From assembly GCA_019244185.1 (NCBI GenBank), contig JAFATB010000014.1, positions 160,001 through 224,000 of the forward strand: a stretch of DNA of 64,000 nucleotides, given 5' to 3'. The stretch comes from Acidobacteriota bacterium. GTDB taxonomy: Bacteria > Acidobacteriota > Thermoanaerobaculia > Gp7-AA8. Positions 26,641-36,463 of this stretch are shown here, in pieces (within the stretch, counting starts at the first letter, position 1; every line of letters begins with the position of its first letter). A model generated the notes under the pieces. The model was not told where the DNA came from. It saw only the letters and a list, made by a program, of their open reading frames with translations, and searched no databases. Made by a program: the position numbers and the translations under genes.

Positions 26641-27936
26641 TCAGACCGTTGCGAATGCCGCGTCCAAGGCCGCGATCAGTTCGTCGATGTCGCTCTTCGT
26701 GGCGATGAGCGGCGGGCCGAGGCGGATCACGTTGCCGAAGAGGCCACCTTTGCCGATGAGGACGCCGCGGCGGCGCGTTTCCTCGAAGACCTTCAGGACG
26801 GCTTTCGGTGCGGGCGTTTTCGTCTGGCGGTCTTCGACGCATTCGATCGCCTGCATGAGACCCATGCCGCGCACGTCGCCGATGATCGGGTACTTGTCCT
26901 TGAGGGCCTCGAGCTTCTCGCGGAGGTAGGCGCCGACGACGGCGGCGTTGTGGGGGAGATCGTGCTCGTCCATGTAGCGGATCGTCGCGAGAGCGGCGGC
27001 GGACGTCACGGGATTCCCGCCGAACGTGGCGAACGTCAGCGAGGGGAACGCCGCGGCGATCTCGTCCGTCGTGGTCGTGCAGCCGATCGGCGAGCCGTTG
27101 GCCATTCCCTTCGCGAACGTCATCACGTCGGGCTCCACGTCCCAGTGCTCGATGCCGCACCACTTGTCGCCGGTGCGGCCCCAGCCGGTTTGTACTTCAT
27201 CGCAGACGAAGATGCCGCCGTAGCGATGGATGATGTCGGTGACGACCTTGAAGTACTCCTTCGGCGGCACGATGAACCCGCCGACGCCGAGGATCGGCTC
27301 GGCGATCATGCCGGCGATGCGGCCGTCCGTCGTCGTGAGGATGAGGTCCTCGATGTCGGTCGCGCAGCGCATCCCGCAATTGTCGGGAGTCGCGCCGAAC
27401 GGGCAGCGGTAGCAGTAGGGAGCGTACGCGTGCTTGATCCCCGCGACCGCGGTGCCGCCGTGGCGCCACGTCGAATGGCCGGCTGCGCTCATCGAGAGCA
27501 TCGTGCGGCCGTGGTACGCGTGGCGCAGGGCGATGATCTCCTGGCGGCCGGTGTAGAGGCGCGTGAGCAGCATCGCCGTCTCGTCGGCTTCGGTGCCGCT
27601 GTTCGTGAAGAAGCTGCGGGTGAGCTTTCCGGGCGTCACGCGCGCGACTTCCTTGCCGAGGTCCGCGGCCGGCTTGTTGATGTAGAGCGTCGACGTGTGC
27701 GAGACCTTGTCGATCTGCTCGTGGATGGCGCGGTTCACATCGGGATTCGCGTGACCGACGGAGACCGTCAGCACGCCGCCAAAGCAGTCGAGGTAGCGGT
27801 TGCCGCCTTCGTCCCAGACGTGCATGCCTTCGCCGCGGTCGATCACGAGCGGCTCTTCGTAGTACGTCGCCGCGGCGGGCCACGCGTGCTGTTTGTATTC
27901 GGCGACGGTGTCGGTGTTCTCGAGAAGATCGGTCAT
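26641..27936 (-). CDS. Class III PLP aminotransferase (beta-alanine:pyruvate / AGXT2-like)
   Basis: FTNSGTEA, AYHG, AEPILGVGG, DEVQTGWGRTG, TFAKGMANG, TFGGNP; located in a pyrimidine catabolic cluster. Confidence 0.92.
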   Translation of the reverse strand: MTDLLENTDTVAEYKQHAWPAAATYYEEPLVIDRGEGMHVWDEGGNRYLDCFGGVLTVSVGHANPDVNRAIHEQIDKVSHTSTLYINKPAADLGKEVARVTPGKLTRSFFTNSGTEADETAMLLTRLYTGRQEIIALRHAYHGRTMLSMSAAGHSTWRHGGTAVAGIKHAYAPYCYRCPFGATPDNCGMRCATDIEDLILTTTDGRIAGMIAEPILGVGGFIVPPKEYFKVVTDIIHRYGGIFVCDEVQTGWGRTGDKWCGIEHWDVEPDVMTFAKGMANGSPIGCTTTTDEIAAAFPSLTFATFGGNPVTSAAALATIRYMDEHDLPHNAAVVGAYLREKLEALKDKYPIIGDVRGMGLMQAIECVEDRQTKTPAPKAVLKVFEETRRRGVLIGKGGLFGNVIRLGPPLIATKSDIDELIAALDAAFATV

Positions 27937-27956
27937 CGTGGTTCCTTCCGAATGGG

Positions 27957-29075
27957 CTAGGCGGTGACGAGCGGGCGGGCGTAGCCCTCGTGCTCCTCGT
28001 CGTAGCCGCCGTGGTACTCGCGGGTCTCGGGGCGTTTGATCTGCGAGTGCGCGACGACGCGGTCGCGGCGGAGGCCGCGGAAGTCTTCGAGCGAATTGAA
28101 GCCGCGGCGTTCCATGAACTCGCTCATGCCGTTGGTCAACATCTTGATCACATTGGGGCCGACGGCGTGGTCGAGCATCGCCGCGGTGCAGACCTGCACG
28201 GTGCCGCAGCCGAGGAGGAAGTAGCTGAGCGCGTGCTCGAAGGTGGAGACGCCGCCGATGCCGGAGAACGCCTTGTCGGGGAAGCGGCGGGTCATCTCGG
28301 ACATCTTCGCGAGCGACAGCGGGAGGATGGCCGGGCCGCCGAGGCCGCCGGAGGAGACGTAGCCCTCGACGTTCATCTCGAACTCCAGCGATTCGGGATC
28401 GATGGGGGGGAGCGAGGGGAACGTGTTCGACGACGAGATCGCGTCGGCGCCGCCGCGGAACGTCGCTTCCGCTTCCTCGCCGATGTTCGCGGTGGCGGGC
28501 GTGAGCTTCACCCACACCGGCACGCGCGCCACTTCCTTCACGGCCATCGTCACGACCGAGCAGAGCACCTTGTCCTTGCCGACGTTCGAGCCCATGTCGA
28601 TGCGGTCCATGTGCGGGCAGGAGAAGTTCAGCTCGACGCCGTCGGCGCCGGCGTCCTGCACGCCCTTGGTCAGCTCCTGCCAGTGATGCAGCTCCTTGTC
28701 GTTGCCGGAGCCGGCCATGATCGACGCGATGAGGATGCGCGTCGGGTGCGCCTTCTTGATCGACTCGATGCGTGGCAGCCACCAGTCGATGGTCTTGTCG
28801 GAGATCAGCTCCCAGTTCCACGACGCGACGAGCGTCGTCGACGGCCGCTTGTTCATCGAGAGGCGCGTGGCCTCGTTGTCGGCGCGCAGGAACTTCGTCT
28901 TCGGACCTTTCACATTGACGACCGGATGCAGGCCGATGGTCTTCGTCACCACGCCGCCCCAGCCGGCGTCGAACGCGCGGAGGATGTTCGCGTCGGATTC
29001 GGTCGGCGGTGCGGAGGCGAGCAAGAACGGATTTTCGAAACGAAGTCGGGTAAACGTCGTCGACAGATCGCGCAT
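27957..29075 (-). CDS. preA: Dihydropyrimidine dehydrogenase FMN subunit (PreA/PYD1-like), no C-terminal Fe-S domain
   Basis: NPFLLASAPP, GWGGVVTKT, NWELISD, ELNFSCPH, WVKLTP, SGIGG, VQVCTA; start MRDLSTTF at 29075. Confidence 0.88.
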   Translation of the reverse strand: MRDLSTTFTRLRFENPFLLASAPPTESDANILRAFDAGWGGVVTKTIGLHPVVNVKGPKTKFLRADNEATRLSMNKRPSTTLVASWNWELISDKTIDWWLPRIESIKKAHPTRILIASIMAGSGNDKELHHWQELTKGVQDAGADGVELNFSCPHMDRIDMGSNVGKDKVLCSVVTMAVKEVARVPVWVKLTPATANIGEEAEATFRGGADAISSSNTFPSLPPIDPESLEFEMNVEGYVSSGGLGGPAILPLSLAKMSEMTRRFPDKAFSGIGGVSTFEHALSYFLLGCGTVQVCTAAMLDHAVGPNVIKMLTNGMSEFMERRGFNSLEDFRGLRRDRVVAHSQIKRPETREYHGGYDEEHEGYARPLVTA

Positions 29076-29147
29076 GGGTTTGGGTCCTCTCGGCGGAAAG
29101 AGCGACGAGTGTACGTCCATTCGGCGCGGCCTTACAATTCCGGGCTC

Positions 29148-30653
29148 ATGACGAACAGCTCGGAAGTGATCCGCCACGCCGATGGCCGCGTGGAGCTGCG
29201 GGACTACGCCTCCATCGAGTCGAGCCGGCTGTACAGCGAAGACCTCGCTCCGGTGCCGGTCGCGAAGCGCAACTGGTCGACGTACAACTACGCGGCGCTG
29301 TGGATCTCGATGGCGCACTGCATCCCGACGTACATGCTCTCGTCGGGTCTCATCGCCGCCGGCATGAACTGGTGGCAGGCGCTGATCACGATTCTCCTCG
29401 GCAACACGATCGTCCTCGTGCCGATCCTCCTCAACTCGCATCCCGGCACGAAGTACGGCATCCCGTTCCCGGTCTTCGCGCGCGCGAGCTACGGCACGGT
29501 CGGCTCGAACCTCCCCGCGATCATGCGCGCGCTCGTGGCGTGCGGCTGGTTCGGCATTCAGGCGTGGATCGGCGGCCAGGCGCTGCACACCTTTCTGCAC
29601 TCGATCCTCCCGTCGTGGCCGACGCTCCTCGGCGGCCCGATCGGCGGGCACACGCCGACCGAATGGCTCTCGTTCCTCGTCTTCTGGGGGATGAACATCT
29701 TCATCATCTACCGCGGCATGGACCTGCTGCGCATGGTCGAGAACTGGGCCGCGCCGTTCGTGCTCGTGATGACCGCGCTGCTCCTCGCGTGGGCGCTCAA
29801 TCGCGCGGGGGGACTCGGACATCTCGTCGCGCATCCCGGCAAGCTCAACTCGTGGGCGGCGTTCAAGCCGGTGTTCATCCCGTCGCTCACGGCGATGATC
29901 GGCTTCTGGGCGACGCTCTCGCTGAACATGCCCGACTTCACGCGTTTCGGCCGCAGCCAGCGCGAGCAGGCGCTGGGACAAAGCGTCGCGCTGCCGACGA
30001 CGATGACCATCTTCGCCGCGATGGGCGTGATGATCACCTCCGCGGCGATGATCATTTACCCCGGCGAAGACATCAACAAGCTGTGGGATCCGGTGCAGCT
30101 CGTCGGACACTTCACCCACGCGTGGATCGTGGCGATCTCGATGTTCACCGTCGTCGTGGCGACGCTCTCCGTCAACATCGCCGCGAACGTCGTCTCGCCC
30201 GCGAACGACTTCGCGAACGCGTTCCCGAAACACATCTCGTTCCGCACCGGCGGTCTCATCACCGGCATCGTCGGCATTCTGATGATGCCGTGGCGCCTGC
30301 TCGCCGATCCGAGCGGCTACATCTTCGCCTGGCTCCTCGGATACAGCGGCGGGCTCGGCTCGATCGCCGGCGTGCTCATCGCCGACTACTGGCTCGTGCG
30401 CGACAAGGAGCTGCGCCTCGCCGATCTCTATCGCGAGAACGGCGCGTACACGTACGAAGGCGGGTGGAACTGGCGCGCGGTCGTGGCCACGCTCGCGGGC
30501 TGCTTCTTCGCGTGGATCGGCCTCGCGGTGCCGGCGCTCAAGCCGCTCTACGACTACGCGTGGTTCGTCGGCTTCGGCGTCGCGTTCGCCGTGCACTATC
30601 TGCTGATGAAGGTCTCGAAGCCGAAGATCGTGCCCGCGGCGGAAGTCGCGTAG
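29148..30653 (+). CDS. NCS1 nucleobase:cation symporter (PydP/PucI-like)
   Basis: LYSEDLAP, KYGIPFPVFARASYG, WATLSLNMPDFTRF, NIAANVVSP. Confidence 0.94.
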   Translation: MTNSSEVIRHADGRVELRDYASIESSRLYSEDLAPVPVAKRNWSTYNYAALWISMAHCIPTYMLSSGLIAAGMNWWQALITILLGNTIVLVPILLNSHPGTKYGIPFPVFARASYGTVGSNLPAIMRALVACGWFGIQAWIGGQALHTFLHSILPSWPTLLGGPIGGHTPTEWLSFLVFWGMNIFIIYRGMDLLRMVENWAAPFVLVMTALLLAWALNRAGGLGHLVAHPGKLNSWAAFKPVFIPSLTAMIGFWATLSLNMPDFTRFGRSQREQALGQSVALPTTMTIFAAMGVMITSAAMIIYPGEDINKLWDPVQLVGHFTHAWIVAISMFTVVVATLSVNIAANVVSPANDFANAFPKHISFRTGGLITGIVGILMMPWRLLADPSGYIFAWLLGYSGGLGSIAGVLIADYWLVRDKELRLADLYRENGAYTYEGGWNWRAVVATLAGCFFAWIGLAVPALKPLYDYAWFVGFGVAFAVHYLLMKVSKPKIVPAAEVA

Positions 30654-30712
30654 CGCCGCGGCAATCCATCGCTCGTTCCGCGCCGTAGTGACGGCGTAAG
30701 GAGACGAGCACC

Positions 30713-31147
30713 ATGGAATCGATCGTCAGCAATGCAAACGACGGCGTGCGCCTGCGCGTCGTCGGCGACACGATGCGCGTCCTCGCCACGAGCAAGCAGA
30801 CCGGCGGCGCGTACGAGGTCTTCGAGATGGAAGGGCCGGAAGGCAGCGGTCCGCCGCCGCACGCGCATCCGTGGGCGGAGGCGTACGTCGTGCTGGAAGG
30901 GGAGGCGGACGTCTTCCTCGACGGCGCGCATCTCGAGGCCAGGCCCGGCTGCTTCTTCCAGATCCCCGCGGGTATCACGCACGCGTACCGCATCAAGTCA
31001 CCGCGCGCGAAGTTCGTCGTGATCACGAGCCCCGGCGGCGCGCACGACTTCTTCCGGGAGATGGACGCGGAGACCGCCGGCGGCTGCGACGACATGCAGA
31101 AGGTCATCGCCGTCGCGTTGCGTCACGGCTTCAGCGTTCCGCAGTAA
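30713..31147 (+). CDS. Cupin domain protein
   Basis: GPPPHAHPWAEAYVVLEG...IPAGITHAY; AAGGAG RBS. Confidence 0.88.
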   Translation: MESIVSNANDGVRLRVVGDTMRVLATSKQTGGAYEVFEMEGPEGSGPPPHAHPWAEAYVVLEGEADVFLDGAHLEARPGCFFQIPAGITHAYRIKSPRAKFVVITSPGGAHDFFREMDAETAGGCDDMQKVIAVALRHGFSVPQ

Positions 31148-31160
31148 CGCGCGCCTGTCT

Positions 31161-31185
31161 CGCGGCGGCGGATCCCGCCGCCGCG
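31161..31185 (+). terminator. GC-rich hairpin after cupin gene (possible terminator)
   Basis: CGCGGCGGCGG-ATC-CCGCCGCCGCG; only a weak U tract follows. Confidence 0.4.
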
Positions 31186-31208
31186 GCGCGTCCTTTATCA
31201 TCACGCGC

Positions 31209-31586
31209 ATGGATGATTTCGACGCGCTGTGGCGCTCGTCGGTGCGCTTCCGCCGCGCATCGCGCGAGCTGCAGACGCTGCTGCGCGGCGTGCACGATGC
31301 GTTCGGCAGCGACGACGACGCGCAGCTGCGCGCCGCGCTGGAACGGCTGCTCGTGTTCCTCGCCAGCTCCGAAGGACGCACGGACGCGAACTGCGCGACG
31401 ACGTACTACTTCATGACCGCGGCCGAGCCGCGCTGGCGTGCCGCGCGCGCGGAGCTGCGCGCGATCTTCGACGACATGAGCGGCACGCTGCAGGACTCGG
31501 TCTACGCGCCCGACATCGCCAGGACGTTCGAGGCCACGCCGGAGCAGCTGCTCGCGCGACTGCGCGCGGTCACGACATCCAGTTGA
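31209..31586 (+). CDS. Hypothetical protein (125 aa)
   Basis: Coding-like codon pattern; GRTDANC, DMSGTLQDSV, FEATPEQLL segments look protein-like; no family recognised. Confidence 0.7.
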   Translation: MDDFDALWRSSVRFRRASRELQTLLRGVHDAFGSDDDAQLRAALERLLVFLASSEGRTDANCATTYYFMTAAEPRWRAARAELRAIFDDMSGTLQDSVYAPDIARTFEATPEQLLARLRAVTTSS

Positions 31587-33054
31587 CGCCGGCTTCCTTG
31601 TTCCACTTCGTGGTCATCTTCTTCGCGCGCGTCCACAGCTCGATCGAGCCGCGGCCGGTGATGTCGCCGGTGCCGAACTTCGACTCGTTCCAGCCGCCGA
31701 AGCCGAACGGCTCGCGCGGCACGGGCACGCCGACGTTGACGCCGACCATGCCGGCGCTCGCCTTCTCCATCACGTAACGCGCGACGCCGCCGCTCTCCGT
31801 GAACACCGACGCCGCGTTGCCGTAGCGCGAGCGCTGCTGCACCGCCAGCGCCTCATCGACGTCGTTCGCGCGGATGATGACCATCACCGGTCCGAAGATC
31901 TCTTCCTGCGCGATGCGCATGTCGGGCGTGACGTGATCGATGAGCGTCGGTCCGACGTAGAAGCCGTTTTCTTTCCCCGGCACCACGCACCCGCGTCCAT
32001 CCACGAGCACTTTCGCGCCCGCCTCTTCCGCCTCGGTGATGTAGCGCTCGATGCGCTCCTTCGCCGCCTTCGAGATCACCGGGCCGATGTTGACGCCCGG
32101 CACCATCGCCCGGACGACGCGCACCATGCGCTCGATGATCGGATCGGTCTTGCCGACGGCCATCATCACCGACGCGGCCATGCAGCGCTGACCCGCGCAA
32201 CCGGACATCGACGCCACGACGTTCGTCGACGTCATCTCCGGCTCGGCGTCCGGCATCACGATCAGATGATTCTTCGCGCCGCCGAGGGCGAGGACGCGTT
32301 TGAGGCTCGCGGAGCCGCGGCGGTAGACGATCTTCGCGACGTGCGTCGAGCCGACGAAGCTGATCGCGTCGATGAAGGGATGGTCGCAGATCGCCTCGAC
32401 GGTTTGCTGGCCGCCGTGCACGATGTTCAGCACGCCGTCGGGCAGGCCCGCCTCGCGCAGCAGCTCCGCGATGCGGCCCGCGCTGAGCGGCACCTGCTCG
32501 GATGGTTTGAGCACCATGCAATTGCCGAGGGCCAGTGCGTTCGGGATGGTCCAGTTGGGGACCATGTTGGGGAAGTTGAACGGCGTGATCGACGCGACGA
32601 CGCCCACCGGGTAATGCTCGACGCGGCATTCGACGCCGCGCGAGACCTCGAGCACTTCGCCCGCGACGATTTGCGGCAGCGAGCACGCGAACTCGCACAA
32701 CTCCGCCGACTTCAGCACTTCCGCTTCCGCTTCGCCGCGCACTTTTCCGTTCTCTTCCGACACGAGCGCGGCGAGGCTGTCGATGTTTTTCTCGAGCAGC
32801 GCCTTGTAACGGTAGAAGACCTGCGCGCGCTCCTTGATCGGCGTGGCCGCCCACGCCGGCTGCGCCGCTCGTGCCGCATCGACCGCGCGGTCCACCTCCG
32901 ATGCGCCGGACAGCGGCACACGCGAGATCACCTCGCCGGTCGACGGATCGGTGACGTCGAGAAACTCGCGCTCGGGGGCGTCGACGAACGAGCCGCCGAT
33001 GTAGTTGCGAACATCAGGATGACGGGTGGGCGCTTCGCGCTCGATGGCGGACAT
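31570..33054 (-). CDS. mmsA: CoA-acylating (methyl)malonate-semialdehyde dehydrogenase
   Basis: ITPFNFP, LKPSE, FVGST, GGAKNH, AGQRCMA, EEIFGP, GVNVGVPVP; GGAGG RBS before MSAIERE. Confidence 0.93.
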   Translation of the reverse strand: MSAIEREAPTRHPDVRNYIGGSFVDAPEREFLDVTDPSTGEVISRVPLSGASEVDRAVDAARAAQPAWAATPIKERAQVFYRYKALLEKNIDSLAALVSEENGKVRGEAEAEVLKSAELCEFACSLPQIVAGEVLEVSRGVECRVEHYPVGVVASITPFNFPNMVPNWTIPNALALGNCMVLKPSEQVPLSAGRIAELLREAGLPDGVLNIVHGGQQTVEAICDHPFIDAISFVGSTHVAKIVYRRGSASLKRVLALGGAKNHLIVMPDAEPEMTSTNVVASMSGCAGQRCMAASVMMAVGKTDPIIERMVRVVRAMVPGVNIGPVISKAAKERIERYITEAEEAGAKVLVDGRGCVVPGKENGFYVGPTLIDHVTPDMRIAQEEIFGPVMVIIRANDVDEALAVQQRSRYGNAASVFTESGGVARYVMEKASAGMVGVNVGVPVPREPFGFGGWNESKFGTGDITGRGSIELWTRAKKMTTKWNKEAGVNWMS

Positions 33055-33103
33055 TGGATTCCTCCGGTTGATCGGCGCCAATGTACGCGAAGCCGCGCGA
33101 GAG

Positions 33104-33817
33104 TCAATGCGCCGGCGACGGCGCGAGCGACCCGCCCGCGTCGCGCCACTTGCCCGCATCGACGCCTTTCGCGAGGAACCACACCGTCATCACCACCAGC
33201 GCGAGGAACATCGGCAGCAGCATCACCTCGGACGTATACGCCGGCGTGAGGACATACGTGAGGCTGCGCACGATGAACGAGAAGCCGGCCAGCGCCAGCA
33301 CGAGGCCGACGAGCTTCGGCACGTAGCCGGAGCGGAACATGAGATAGCCGCGGAGGAGGCTGGCGAGGCCATAGAACACCATGAAGATCGCGCCGCAGCA
33401 GCCGTACGCCTTCAGCGAGAGCAGCGCCAGCGTGTGCAGCTGCTGGGGCGTGAAGGTCTTCAGATACGCGGCGTCGCGCAGGAGCAGCGTCGGCGCGAAG
33501 TAGAAGAACTCGGCCACGCCGAACAGCGCCGTCGAGATCAGGCCGAGGAAGGCGGTGAAGAGCGCGAGATACTTCTGCACCGGCGCGAGCAGGACGTAGA
33601 ACAGCAGTGCCAGCGCGACGTCGCAGACGGCTTCGACGAGATAGCTCGCGAAGCCGGCGCGAAAGAGCGCGTTGGAGGTGATGATGGTGCGCGCCGTCAC
33701 CTCCGCGTCGTTCGACGCCAGCATCTTCGACGGCACGTAACCCTCGCCGATGCCGCCGGCGATCATGGAGAGCAACAGCAGTACGCCGATGATCCGCGCG
33801 TAGGTCTGAATCGTCAT
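33104..33817 (-). CDS. DUF4386 family membrane protein
   Basis: YARIIGVLLL, LFRAG, GYLMFRSGYVPKLVG, WFLAKGV; AAGGAG RBS. Confidence 0.82.
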   Translation of the reverse strand: MTIQTYARIIGVLLLLSMIAGGIGEGYVPSKMLASNDAEVTARTIITSNALFRAGFASYLVEAVCDVALALLFYVLLAPVQKYLALFTAFLGLISTALFGVAEFFYFAPTLLLRDAAYLKTFTPQQLHTLALLSLKAYGCCGAIFMVFYGLASLLRGYLMFRSGYVPKLVGLVLALAGFSFIVRSLTYVLTPAYTSEVMLLPMFLALVVMTVWFLAKGVDAGKWRDAGGSLAPSPAH

Positions 33818-33936
33818 CGCAGACTCCTTGTGTATGTTGAGCATACGCAGGTCGCCGCCGATGGTTGCCGTCACGCTCCGCCGCCCGCGCAATCCGCTTG
33901 ACCCGTTTGCGGTCGCGCCCGCATGATTCGCCGCAC

Positions 33937-35517
33937 ATGTCGATGATCGGGCAGTTGCTCCGCACGAAGTCGCTCGACGAGCTGGTCGCCGAGACCGAAG
34001 AAGAGGGGCACCAGCTCAAGAAAGCCCTCGGGCCGTTGAACCTCGTCGCGCTCGGGATCGGCGCGATCATCGGCGCGGGCATCTTCGCCACGATCGGCAC
34101 GGCCGCGGCGGGCGATCCGTCGCGTCCCGGAGCCGGTCCCGCGTTGATGCTCTCGTTCGTGCTCACCGCGATCGTCTGCGGCTTCACGGCGCTCTGCTAC
34201 GCGGAGTTCGCGTCGATGGTCCCCGTGGCCGGCTCCGCGTACACGTATTCGTACGCGACGCTCGGTGAAATGGTGGCGTGGATCATCGGCTGGGATCTGC
34301 TCATCGAATACGCGATCGGCAACGTCGCCGTCGCCATCTCGTGGGCGAACTACTTCAACACGCTCATCGAAGGCACGCCGTTCCGCTTACCGGCGTGGCT
34401 CACCGTCGACTACCACACCGCGCTCACGCGCATGCCGCAGGTCGTCGCCGCGGCGCCGCACATCTTCGGCATTCCGATCATCTTCAATGTCCTCGCGGTG
34501 GCCATCGTCACGCTGATCACGATCGTGCTCGTGTGGGGCGTGCGCGAGTCCGCCGGCTTCAACTTCTGGATGGTGGCCATCAAGCTGGTGGTCCTCGGCT
34601 TCTTCGCGTTCGTCAGCTTCAAATACGTCGACACGAAGAACTGGCACCCGTTCGCGCCGAACGGCTTCCACGGCATCCTCACCGGCGCGTCGATCGTCTT
34701 CTTCGCGTACATCGGCTTCGACGCCGTGTCGACGACGGCGGAGGAAGCGCGCAATCCGAAGCGCGACATGCCCATCGGCATCATCGGCTCGCTGATCATC
34801 TGCACGATCATCTACGCCGTCATCGCGGCCATCTTCACCGGACTCATTCCGTATCAGGCGCTGGTGCACACGCTCTCGAGCGAACAGGCCGAGCCGCTCA
34901 CGCTGGCGATGAAGTACGTGTCGATGCCGGGGTGGATGGTGAAGGTCGTCGCCTTCGGCTCGGTCATCGCGCACACGGCCGTGCTGCTCGTGTTCCAGAT
35001 GGGACAGCCGCGCATCTTCTTCGCCATGTCGCGCGACGGCCTCCTGCCGCCGGCGCTGGCGAAGGTGCATCCGAAGTACAGGACGCCGCACGTCGGCACG
35101 ATCATCACCGGCGTCTTCGTCGGCGTGGCGGCGCTGTTCTCGTCGCTCGACGAGATGGTCGACCTCACGAACATCGGAACGCTGTTCGCGTTCTTCCTGG
35201 TCTGCATCGGCATCATGATCCTGCGCGTGCGCGACCCGCACCGGGAGCGCGGCTTCCGCGTGCCGGGGCCGTACTGGTTCCTCCCGGTGCTCGGCGCGAT
35301 CTCGTGCGTCGTGCTCGCGGTCGCGCTGCCGTGGAAGTCGTGGTGGCGCTTCGGCATCTGGCTGGTTGTCGGCCTGGTCTTCTACTTCCTCTACGGTTAC
35401 CGCCACAGCCGTCTGCGCACGGGGCGCGGACCGAACCTGCCGCCTCCGGCGCACAAGCTCGCGCACGGATTCAATCCGGAGCAGCAGTTCCCGGATCGCG
35501 ACGTGAACGAGCGCTAG
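33937..35517 (+). CDS. APC-family amino acid permease
   Basis: LGIGAIIGAGIF, CYAEFASMVPVAGSAYTY, FFAYIGFD, MSRDGLLP. Confidence 0.95.
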   Translation: MSMIGQLLRTKSLDELVAETEEEGHQLKKALGPLNLVALGIGAIIGAGIFATIGTAAAGDPSRPGAGPALMLSFVLTAIVCGFTALCYAEFASMVPVAGSAYTYSYATLGEMVAWIIGWDLLIEYAIGNVAVAISWANYFNTLIEGTPFRLPAWLTVDYHTALTRMPQVVAAAPHIFGIPIIFNVLAVAIVTLITIVLVWGVRESAGFNFWMVAIKLVVLGFFAFVSFKYVDTKNWHPFAPNGFHGILTGASIVFFAYIGFDAVSTTAEEARNPKRDMPIGIIGSLIICTIIYAVIAAIFTGLIPYQALVHTLSSEQAEPLTLAMKYVSMPGWMVKVVAFGSVIAHTAVLLVFQMGQPRIFFAMSRDGLLPPALAKVHPKYRTPHVGTIITGVFVGVAALFSSLDEMVDLTNIGTLFAFFLVCIGIMILRVRDPHRERGFRVPGPYWFLPVLGAISCVVLAVALPWKSWWRFGIWLVVGLVFYFLYGYRHSRLRTGRGPNLPPPAHKLAHGFNPEQQFPDRDVNER

Positions 35518-35519
35518 AC

Positions 35520-35930
35520 GTGCATCCGCGCGCGCGGCAGCTCATCGACGCGCGCGGACTCGCGCCGCATCCCGAGGGCGGGTGGTACCGGCAGGTGTTC
35601 AAGTCGGAGGAGCGGGTGGTGCGGCTGCACGACGGCGCGAACCGCAGCGCGCTGACGACGATCGAGTTCCTGCTCGTCGAAGGGACGCACAGCGCGTGGC
35701 ATCGCGTGCAGTCGGACGAGGTGTGGCATTTCTACGAAGGCGATCCGCTCGAGCTCATCGTGCGTGACGACAAGCGCGAAACCGCGGTCGTGCTGGACGA
35801 AGATTATCGCGTGCACGTCGTGCCCGCGCGCGCGTGGCAGTCGGCGCGTCCGCTCGGCGCGTACGCGTTCGTCGGCTGCACGGTCGGACCGGGCTTCGAG
35901 TTCGACGACTTCACGATGACCGGCGACTGA
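35520..35930 (+). CDS. Cupin_5 / DUF985 protein
   Basis: HPEGGWYRQ, SAWHRVQSDEVWHFYEG, GCTVGPGFEFDDF. Confidence 0.9.
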   Translation: MHPRARQLIDARGLAPHPEGGWYRQVFKSEERVVRLHDGANRSALTTIEFLLVEGTHSAWHRVQSDEVWHFYEGDPLELIVRDDKRETAVVLDEDYRVHVVPARAWQSARPLGAYAFVGCTVGPGFEFDDFTMTGD

Positions 35931-35936
35931 CGCGCG

Positions 35937-36313
35937 TCATGCGCGCGGATTCGGCGTCGCGGAGAGCGTCCGGATGCGCCACTCGGCGCCGTCGGCGAGC
36001 AGCATCACCGACAGGCGATGCGGGAGATCGTACGGGCGGCCGTTCGGCGCTTTCACGTCGCGCAGAATGCCGTCGATGTCGGCGACCGTGACGTCGTGCT
36101 CGCGGCGCCGTGCACGACCTGCAACTCGCTCGCGGACATGCTGCCGGCGTGTTCCTCGCGCAGCACGCCGAGGATCGCGTCGCGGCCGACCGCGCGCCTG
36201 CCCCACGGATGATTCAGCTCGCCGTCGTCGGTCCAGAGACGCGCCAGCGCGTCCGCATCGTGACGATTCCACGCGGCACAGAAGCGCGCGACCAGATCCT
36301 GCAGCTCGTCCAT
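35937..36313 (-). pseudogene. SgcJ/EcaC-like NTF2-fold protein split by a frameshift near 36100-36115
   Basis: Frame A: MDELQDLVARFCAAWNRHDADALARLWTDDGELNHPWG...GRDAI; frame B continues EHDVTVADIDG...WRIRTLSATPNPRA; span 377 nt, one short of a multiple of 3. Confidence 0.75.
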
Positions 36314-36355
36314 CGCCACGCGATCGAGCAAGCTGCACGCCTGCCTCGGCCGCGA

Positions 36356-36373
36356 CTGTCCGAAATCGGACAG
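36356..36373. promoter_or_regulatory. Palindromic upstream activator site for an NtrC-type regulator
   Basis: CTGTCCGA-AA-TCGGACAG about 60 nt upstream of a -24/-12 promoter, with an AT-rich spacer in between. Confidence 0.65.
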
Positions 36374-36432
36374 CTCGTCACGCAACTGAACAGCATGCTG
36401 TTTGTAAATCGATGAAAACAAACGATTCCGAG

Positions 36433-36449
36433 TTGGCGTGCCGCTCGCG
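36433..36449 (+). promoter_or_regulatory. Sigma54 -24/-12 promoter of efflux operon
   Basis: TTGGCGTGCCGCTCGCG: GG(36435-6)-N10-GC(36447-8); the operon encodes a sigma54 activator. Confidence 0.6.
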
Positions 36450-36463
36450 ATAGAGCGGCGTCG

